This document shows positions 55,018 through 64,000 of a stretch of DNA of 64,000 nucleotides, in pieces. Position numbers and translations under genes: made by a program. How positions within the stretch are numbered: position 1 is the stretch's first letter; each line of letters begins with the position of its first letter. The notes below the pieces were generated by a model. The model had not been told where the DNA came from. It was given only the letters and a program-made list of their open reading frames with translations, and did no database searches. Source of the stretch: Eledone cirrhosa (lineage: Eukaryota); contig OZ024745.1 of NCBI GenBank assembly GCA_964016885.1, positions 79,918,001-79,982,000 of the forward strand, in the 5' to 3' direction.

Positions 55018-57457
55018 CAAAGATGTTGTCTTAAGAAGCATTTGGAAAATTTGAAATGGGTGCATCCCACCAACACAGATAACCATAATAATAGTGGCTC
55101 ACTATAAATAATTGTTGAGAGAATTAGTTAAAGTATCCCTTGGAGACAGAAATAAGTGGACAGTGGTGTGTCTACATGGAAACAAATCAACAGAGGACTA
55201 CTGGTCACCATGTCTCTTTTATATATACATATGTATATATATATATATTTTTTTTTTAACAATATTGTAAGCCTATAGCTAGGAGTGTAAAGAAAGTGGT
55301 TGGCTTAAGAAGCATTGGGGGAATTTGAAATTGGAAATGTGTGCACCCCAACGCAAATGATTATAATAATAATGTTGGCAAACAAAGAGTCAAGAATACT
55401 CTTTAGTTGTGTGTGTTTGCGTGTATGTGTGTTTGTGTATTTGTGTGTGTGTGTGTTTGTGTATTTGTGTGTGTGTGTATGTGTGTGTGTGTGTGTGTGT
55501 ATTTGTATGTATGTGTGTGTCTGCCTGTGTTTCTATGTATGTATGTGTGTATGTGTGTGTGTCTGTGTGTGTATGTGTGTGTGTGCCTGCACGAATGATG
55601 TAAAAAGGTGAGCAAAAAGAAACAACTGTATGTATATTTTATTATAAATATTTATATATTTGGCTTTTTAGAAATATGGATTAAAAGTAAAAAATTGATT
55701 ACATAGCTCACAGTCACAAATCTTTTTGTGTGTGTGGGGGGGGGGGGGGGGGGAATAATTTCTACTTAATCAACCCCAAACATATTACTTCATTGTTTGA
55801 TATTTTACCAAACCCGGAAGGATAAAGGATCAAGTCAATCTTAATCAAATTTGAACTCTGAATGTAAAAAGGAGGCTTAACTAAATTCCACATAAATATA
55901 AGTTCATTAGAAAGGATTAGAGATGCAAACGAGTATCCCCAGCCAATGTTTCATATACAAAACCCATATAAGCTTTCGCCTATTTTTGTCTCAGTACCAA
56001 GTGAGTAAATATTACTGATGTTAGATAAAAATCAAGAAACAGCAATCTGACATCCTCGCACCACTACTGAGATAACTGTGACATGATCACAGTTTCTTTA
56101 AAAATTCTCAGTAAGACTTTTGTTTGTTTATTATACATAAACATATCGAATTTGTTTTTATATACACCCCTATGATAAATTAAGGTTAAATATAGGTTCG
56201 GAAAAGCTCTATGTGATGTGTACAATAAGAGGGGGGGGGGGGGGTAGATAGACATATATAGCCTAGAGAACAATTGGAATTTAAGAGCACTCTACCAATT
56301 TTGATATACAAACATAAGCTGAATTGGAAATGTATGCAAATGTCGTTGAAGGTAAGCAAATGTGGTTGCCCCTTGTGGTACATGTTTTCTTCTTTGGCTG
56401 ATTAATTTAACCAAGCTGCAGTTATGGATAAAATATGTAAGTAAATGATGTACATATGGTTTGTGTGTGTTGTTGTCAGATGTTCACTACCAACCTTTGC
56501 TCAGTAGTGTAGTTTGTTGGACACCCTCCATTATGTTATATTGAGGATTAGCGAAGAACATGACCAATATTGCCTCAGAGCTTACTCACAGCCTTAACAA
56601 GATAGTTTCGCACAGCCTTTTGAGGGAATATTTCAGGTGGAGTATTATATAAACTTTTCAAAAGTCCTACATGAGAAGGAGAAAGGTAAATGGATACAAA
56701 CCTATGAACTTATATCAAAACAGAAATTATTGTATGTGAATTAGATCTTACTCTCAATCATGTCTATTGAAAGACGCATTTTTCTGTTAAAATATAATAA
56801 ATATAAACCTGCATCAGAATGTGCTTATCCGGCCAACTCATGGAGTAATGTTTGTAAAATATTAAAATAAAACCAGAAAGAAAAAAGTCAAAAACAATAT
56901 ACACACATATATATTCACTACATAGATTTGTATGTACACGCACCACATATATATATGATTGACTTCTTGTTCTTAGAATATAGGATAGACAGATAGTTAT
57001 GAATGTTATGTCCTTTCCAAGAGAAGAACTCACCTTGCACCATAGGTGACATCAGAATAAGAACAAGATGAAATCAGAATTTAGGAAAATCCGAAGAAGG
57101 AAGGTATGGAAGCAAAAAGACTTCTCTGTTAAATATAAACTCAGAAAAGTTCTACATGATGTGTACAATGAGAAAGAAAAGGAAATAGACACATTTGACA
57201 TAAAGGAGAATTGTGGCTGGGGCAAAGAAACGAGTTAGATGAAGGGTGGTCTGATGGGGGAAGAGGATGGTAGACAAAGCCATTAAAATAATCCTAGCAA
57301 AGTGTGGTGGTGGTGGTCGTGGTGATGATGGTGGAGGTGGTGATATTACATATTTAAATTGCTTGTCAAACCCTTTTTCTCATTTTTGTATTTTTGTTTC
57401 ATAATATTTTTGTGCCAATATAAAAATACTGTTATTTTCATTATTACTATTATCTAT

Positions 57458-57497
<40 letters not shown>

Positions 57498-57643
57498 TAT
57501 TAAATTGTTAAACAATATTCAATGATTATGTCAAAGAATGAGTTTTACAGTAGATTGGAAGCACTCAACGGAAAATAATTTTCTGGAGTTATTAATATTA
57601 AAATATAAGTATTAATAAAATAGATGTTCTTTTGATCAATTAC

Positions 57644-57696
57644 ATTTTATTATACATATTTCGGATGTACAACAGTACGTCCTCATCAGACAAAAT
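57644..57696 (-). ncRNA. Type I hammerhead ribozyme, intact core
   Basis: The minus strand reads attttgt-CTGATGA-ggacgtac(tgtt)gtacatcc-GAAA-tatgta-TA-ataaaat. Confidence 0.82.
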
Positions 57697-58033
57697 ATAA
57701 TGATACATGACATACCCTGAGATGTTAAATGGTTAAGATTTAATCAAGGTAGTGATTAACCCGATAGAAAATGTTACTTATATCCTATCTATGTGAAAGT
57801 GCGAAAATGTAATAAATTCATTAGAGAATGTGTGAGTAAGAATCATACACTTTAAAATTTTAGAACACTTACAGTATGCAACGTTTTTTCTTACTCACAC
57901 ATTCTCTAATGAATTTATTACGTTTTCGCACTTTCACATAGATAGGATATAAGTAAAATTTTCTATCGGGTTAATCACTACCTTGATTAACTCTTAACCA
58001 TTTAACATCTCAGGGTATGTCATGTATCATTAT

Positions 58034-58086
58034 ATTTTGTCTGATGAGGACGTACTGTTGTACATCCAAAATATGTATAATAAAAT
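58034..58086 (+). ncRNA. Hammerhead ribozyme copy with G12A mutation (likely inactive)
   Basis: Same as 57644-57696 but AAAA replaces GAAA at 58068. Confidence 0.7.
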
Positions 58087-58743
58087 GTAATTGATCAAAA
58101 GAACATCTATTTTATTAATACTTATATTTTTATATATATATATATATTGGTTTACAAAGCTAGTCAAAGAGAATCAGTACAGTTCCAACCATCACTTACT
58201 CATCCATTGATATTACAAGATTTGCACATTAGAAATACAAACCTATAACTCAGAGTAAACACATACGTTAATCAGTAAGATGAATGACTATGTGTGGGTA
58301 ATGATATTTGTACATCTATCATATAAATCCAGACTCTCAGCAGTTTCTGTGGTATAGTTTGTTCATAATAGTTCCAAGTACAACTATTATTCAGAGTAGT
58401 TAGGAAATATCTGCAGACATTACATAACCTGGCATTGGAGCCGGTCCTCAGCTGGTGATTGCCCCCCCTTAAAAGGAAAAAGTATATATAAATATATATA
58501 TGTGTGTATATATATATATCATGATCATCATCATCATCACCGTTTTACGTCCGTTCTTCCACGCTAGCATGGGTTAGACGGGTTGTCCTGTTGTGGGCAG
58601 TGTCCTTGTCTTGCTCCTACGGGAACTGATTCATATATATATATATGTATGTATATGTATATATATATATATAAATATATATATATATAAATATATATAT
58701 ATATTATATATATGTTATATATATATATATATATATATATATG

Positions 58744-58828
<85 letters not shown>

Positions 58829-59844
58829 TTTCAGAAGTGTTAGGAAAAAGATTACTTAAGTCTACCATCGTCAGACAGAAATTCAGTCACCATATGCTGA
58901 CTGAATTTTGGCCCATAGTCAGCATATCATATACATTATGATATTATATATTATTACAAACATTGTTATTGACTTCTGTCTGATGATGACATGGTAGACT
59001 TATGTAATCTTTTTTTTTCTAATGCCTCTCAAATATGCATAACAAATTTTACATAATAAACTAAAGTATGAAAATGTAGAATAGTCTCTTCATATTTACT
59101 TAAATACCAATACCCGCTTGAATGCCATTTGGTTAAATACCAGTTTTCCCTTTGATGGGTACAACTGACGTGGAGTGTTTTAACCTGATTACTCCATTAT
59201 TTTGTTGATTGCGGAAAAATTCAACAATCAACTGACATAGATTTTAAAACAAACTATATATGCATATATATAAGAGATAATTGTTTGCTTGAAGCATTGT
59301 GGAATATGAAATGCAGATGGGGTTGTAAATATTCAGGCAACAAACTCGAGTGAAGAAATAGAGAAGTGAGGATGAATGGAAATTAGGAAGAGAAAAAGAA
59401 AAAGAAAGAACCAGGGATAATGTTACCTTAGAAATATTTATTGGTCCCTATATTTTGGATGTACCATCCATTGTGAAGGGGGTCAGATGGAAACTTCAGC
59501 GAGGCCTTTCTGTGCCTCCAAGTGGCTCAGCATGTGTGTGTGTACAAATCTATATGGTGGATGTATAATGTGTGAGATGAAAAATGTAAGTTATTTTATT
59601 GTTTTTGATGTTTTCCTATTTGATTTCAATTCAATATTTTACAAACATTGCTCCATAGATTGGCTCGATATGCAAATTCTGATACAGGTATATTATTATA
59701 TATTTTTACAGAAAAATGCTTATCATTCAACCATTATACAAGGTGGTCTCTATTTTTCAACCAGATAGATATAATAATAGAAAAATCAATAACACAATGG
59801 AACACTTGTAATAAGGTATTAAAGCTGATGTGTTGAGACACATG

Positions 59845-60490
59845 TGAAGGCATGTGGCCTTGTGCTTAGGGTATTGGACTTATAATCATAATGTGAGTTT
59901 GATTCCTGGGCCATGTGTTTGTTGTTTCTTGAGAAAAACACTTCATTTCACATTGTTCCAGTATATTGAAAATGAGTACAGCAGTAGCTGGAGGTTTAAC
60001 TCTGCAATGGACTGGTGTTCTGCCCAGGAGAAGTCTTGTGCTCTCAGTTGCTTAATGCTAAGGAAACCAGGATAAGAACTGGCCTACTGAGCCTCCAGGT
60101 TTGAGACAGACTTTAGACAATGTGATATAAAACTGCATTATAATATTTAACTTAGTGTTAATATTTTTAATATAGGGGCTGTTAAAAAGCTAAATGAGAA
60201 ATAATTATGTGCAATTCATCATGATGTGTGAAGGCATGAGGCCTAGTGGTGTTGGACTTAAAATCATAATGTCGAGGGTCAATTCCACTAAGTTTTGTGA
60301 TGTGAACACTTGATTTTATGTTGCTCCAGTATACTCAGTTGAAAATCAATACCAGCAGTAGCTAGGAATTTAACCCTTTGATGGACTGACATCCTGTCCT
60401 GAGAGAAGTTTTGTACTCTCAGTTGCTTAATATCAAAGAAACTAGGATAAGCACTTACCTAATGAGCCTCTGGGCTTGAGACAAACTTTA
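59845..60490 (+). mobile_element. Two degenerate SINE family B copies
   Basis: tgtgaaggcatgtggcct...gagtttgattcc...ttgagacagactttagac-type unit occurs twice. Confidence 0.7.
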
Positions 60491-61963
60491 GACTTTATCA
60501 ACCTGGGAAAGTTGACCTCAGTAGGATTTGAAGTCAGATGGAGCAGTGAGGTGGAGTATACATATTTAATCTGATGCCCTAACAAGTCTGCTAATTTGCT
60601 GTCTATATATAACAATATATATATATTGGGTTAAATATTACTTAACATTTCACTAAAAAAATCACCCAAAATAAGGGCCATATTTTAAAGAATAGAATCA
60701 CAATGCTAAGCAATAAATATATGAACCCAAATAATACAATTTCTTTCAAAAATTAAAAAAAAAGGGGCAAGATTTGAAAAGTAAACAAAAGTTCATTTTA
60801 AGAGTTGTAAAGACACAATTTCTAAAAACATTAAGCTCTTAAATGTTTTTTGTATCATAAATGAAAAAATTATATATAATACAAAGTATTTTTAACTAAG
60901 AAATGGGAATTTTTATGCAAATTCTTTTGAGAACATTTTTAGTGTCGTTTTTTTTTTTTTTTTCAATTTGAATGAGACGTTTCCTTAAAAAAAATTACAA
61001 AATTAAAAATGTGAAAATTAAAAGTCAAACCTATTCAAAATTAGTCCTAAAAATGAAAAAAAAAACAAAACATTATTTTCTCTTTAAATTCTAATTTAAT
61101 ATTTTTCTCATATTTTTTTTTGTTTTTGATTTTTGTTTTTTTTTAGGTTCAGTCTTAACTTCCATTTATTTCATCAATTTTTTTAAATTCTGAATTTAGG
61201 TTAATGAAAACATCTCTTTTATCAATTTGAAATAAATTAATATCAAATTTAAATTCCCACTTGAGCTTTTAAAACCAGGCGGAGCTAGTGACACAAAAAA
61301 GCCAGTTAATTATTTAATCTATAAGCAACAGTGCTTTGTTAATCTGAGGAGAGAAAAATCTCATATTTCTGGTTTACCAATTCAATGTACCATCAAATAC
61401 ATCAATCAACTTAGCAAAGATGCCAGAACAATTCTTGTTTCTTTCTTTACAGTTTTTTAAAACAAAATGTTTTGAATTTAAAATATATTGTTAGTAGTAT
61501 TACATTTTATAAGAGCCAGGATGAAACATGTTCCCTCATCCCACAAGCTGTGGTAGGAATGCTGTTTCTTACGTGTCCTTTGAAGACACACTTGCAGGTA
61601 AGCATAGTCTCTTTTCTTTTATTACATTTATTTTTATTTTTATTTTATTTGGGCTGAGGGGAGGGGCACAAATTTCTTTAAATTACAAGTTTGACTGAAA
61701 TAAAAAAATGTTGATTTTATAATACAACCTCAAGTTAAACAAGTAACTATTTCTGCAGCTGAAACTGTGCAATTAACATGGTTTAAAATATAAAAAATTA
61801 TGTAATCAAAGATGATAGCAGATTAAAAAAAAACAATAAAATCTTTTTAAAAACCAACACGATTTTTAAAAAAAAATGACACAGTAGAATCTGCAATAAA
61901 TATTGGGAGAAAATTTTGAAAAAAAAGGGGGAAGGGAGGGCAGCAAAAGTTGAACATCTAAAA

Positions 61964-62244
61964 CACAGCTTTCCAAACTCTCTGTCACAACACTTTTTAG
62001 TGTATCACTAATAATCTCTACATGTGTCATGAAATTATGTCAAATTTGATAAAATTTTACGAGTATATGGCTATGAAGTTTATTCGAGATATGACAATTC
62101 TGTGGTGACACATGATATGATAATTAATTATTTACCTGATAACTTCATTGATTTTGTGTCACCTAACAAAACTGAATTGACGTGTCATGAAAAATTAGAC
62201 TTTTAGAAAGTGTATCGCCAGTGAGAAAAGTTTGGAAAACTTTG
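61964..62244. mobile_element. hAT (Charlie-like) MITE remnant
   Basis: Imperfect TIRs cacagctttccaaact / agtttggaaaactttg. The flanks atctaaaa and ttctagaa resemble the nTCTAGAn target. Confidence 0.45.
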
Positions 62245-62574
62245 TTCTAGAAGAAATAATTCTGGTTTCTTAAAAAGCACAATAAAATATAAATATGGTA
62301 TTTCATCTCACAGATGTATGTAAAACAAATTATTATTGTTGTACAAGACATGACAAAAAATGATTTTTCATTTACTTATATTTGCAAAATATATTAAAAA
62401 CAATTTCTTTGGATTAAATTATTAAAAACCCAACAACTGCAAAGAATGTTATAATACATATTTTCAGTTTTTTTGTCAATTATTAAAGGTAAAAAAAAAC
62501 AAATGTATAAAAAAAATATTACAATAAACAATAATTTCCATTCATTCAATAATAGATTCCTTATTCTTTGTGGT

Positions 62575-62990
62575 TCAATCAATATATAATTAGAGTGGGT
62601 ATTGATCTGGGGTATTGATTAGGCATGGGGTAGTAAGGAAATTATGGTGGGGTGGATGGGTGGATGTAATCAATATATAGCTAGGGTTGGTACAGATCTG
62701 AAGTATTGATTAGGTGTGGGGTAGTGGGAGAAAGTGGTGAGGTGGGGTGGATGTAATCAATATATAGCTAGGGTTGGTACAGATCCGAAGTATTGATTAG
62801 GTGTGGGGTAGTGGGAGAAAGTGGTGAGGTGGGGTGGATTTAATCAATATATAGCCATGGTAGGTATTGATCTGGGGTATTGATTAGGTGTTGGGTAGTG
62901 AGAGAAAGTGATGGGGTGGGTGTAATTAATATATAGCTAGGGTGGGTATTGATCTGAAGTGTTGTTTAGGTATGGGTGTGGATCTGTAGT
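62575..62990. repeat. ~87-bp minisatellite, ~4.5 copies
   Basis: aatcaatatatagc... recurs at 62668, 62755 and 62842. Confidence 0.85.
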
Positions 62991-63337
62991 ATTTATGAGG
63001 TATTGATGTGTTTTAGACATTGATGGATGTAAGGAATACCTGGGATATTGTTGGGGTGAATAAGGATCTGGGATAGTGATGAAATGTGGAGCTGGATCTG
63101 GAAAATTGATGGTGGTGGTGGAAGAAGTGTCAGTATACTGAAAAAGTACTGTTGATTATACAGGATTTTTCACCATAGATTCTTGTAAAAATCACCTGCC
63201 TGTGAAAGGTATCCAGTGTTAAATTTGAAGTGTGCTGGAGTTTAGCCCAGTTTTCATGACTTTAAAGCAGTTGAGATACATACCTATCACTCTTGCCTCA
63301 ACCCCTATTTCTACTTCTGCTGTTCAACAGAAATTCC

Positions 63338-63509
63338 AAAATATTGCAGGTTTTACCCATGGACTGTTGTGATCTCCACACTGTAAGCAATCAAAATATT
63401 GCAGGTTTTCCCCATGGACTGTTGTGATCTCCACACTGTAAGCAATCAAAATATTGCAGGTTTTCCCCATGGACTGTTGTGATCTCCACACTGTAAGCGA
63501 TCAAAATAC
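63338..63509. repeat. 55-bp minisatellite, 3 copies
   Basis: aaaatattgcaggttttccccatggactgttgtgatctccacactgtaagcaatc at 63338, 63393 and 63448. Confidence 0.9.
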
Positions 63510-63870
63510 TGATGAATCAAACAATCATCCTCCTGCCTACATCAATGAAATCTACCTACACATTATTAGCTATGGAAACTGGCTTATTAAAGTCATCATC
63601 ATCACCGTTTAATGTCCATCTTCCATACATTTCATTGTTCAATACACACACACGTACATACACTCCCAATAAGCATAAACCTAATATAACTGTATACAAT
63701 TGCCTCCTGTGTTTTGTTTGTTCATTTTCAACTAAATATATATATAAATATTGTTATACTTTGGGAGGGTCATGCTGCCAATAAAAACACACGCACCTGT
63801 TGGTTTTCACTTCAATTTATTACGAATTTCCAGTTGGCTGGTTCGATAACCGGAAGGTTGTTTATATATT

Positions 63871-63913
63871 GTCAAAGCTCTTTCGTCACACATTCTGTGA
63901 CCTCCTCAGTGAC
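63871..63913 (-). ncRNA. Type I hammerhead ribozyme in PLE-type repeat (63745 to window end)
   Basis: The minus strand reads gtca-CTGAGGA-g-gtcaca(gaatg)tgtgac-GAAA-gagc-TT-tgac, and all three stems pair. Confidence 0.75.
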
Positions 63914-64000
63914 TAGGTTTTTATTTTGTATCTCTCCTTTGTTCTGTCCTACGCCATCTTGTTTTTGTGATAACCTTCCAGTTATCGAACCAACCAAACC

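Larger units (their letters stand above)
57600..58130. mobile_element. PLE-type fold-back, ~243-bp arms, one hammerhead per arm
   Basis: 57600-57842 is the reverse complement of ~57888-58130 with few mismatches. The right end lies in (TA)n. Confidence 0.85.

Noticed and set aside
58855-59010. Short inverted repeat with ctgacga/ctgatga
   Set aside because: No stem II-GAAA half follows, so it is not a complete hammerhead.
61510-61603. Possible exon ending in CAG/GTAAGC
   Set aside because: There is no recognisable protein and no partner exons. A splice-like motif alone is insufficient.

Overview
AT-rich, repeat-dominated eukaryotic DNA. The SINE and LINE families and the dense (TA)n/(TG)n tracts suggest an octopus/cephalopod genome (inference). 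Only one convincing host coding region is visible: a 131-aa secreted neuropeptide precursor at 6739-7134 (+) ending in ...PSVFRYGK (NKY/RYamide-like). The rest is mobile and repetitive DNA: a near-full-length but frameshifted RTE-clade LINE with several fragments, Tx1/L1-like and CRE-like LINE remnants, Penelope-like (GIY-YIG) fragments, two tRNA-derived SINE families, MITEs, a 39/41-bp satellite and an ~8.2-kb tandem duplication. The most striking hidden signal is non-coding. A near-perfect array of 311-bp, highly structured monomers (9847-12013) carries one intact hammerhead ribozyme motif per monomer, arranged as a 2+5-unit divergent palindrome between (TA)n tracts (retrozyme/circular-RNA-like). 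At least four further, sequence-distinct hammerhead families sit in (TA)n-anchored fold-back elements across the window. Most long ORFs in the track are microsatellite artefacts. Coordinates of degenerate repeats are approximate and were read by eye.
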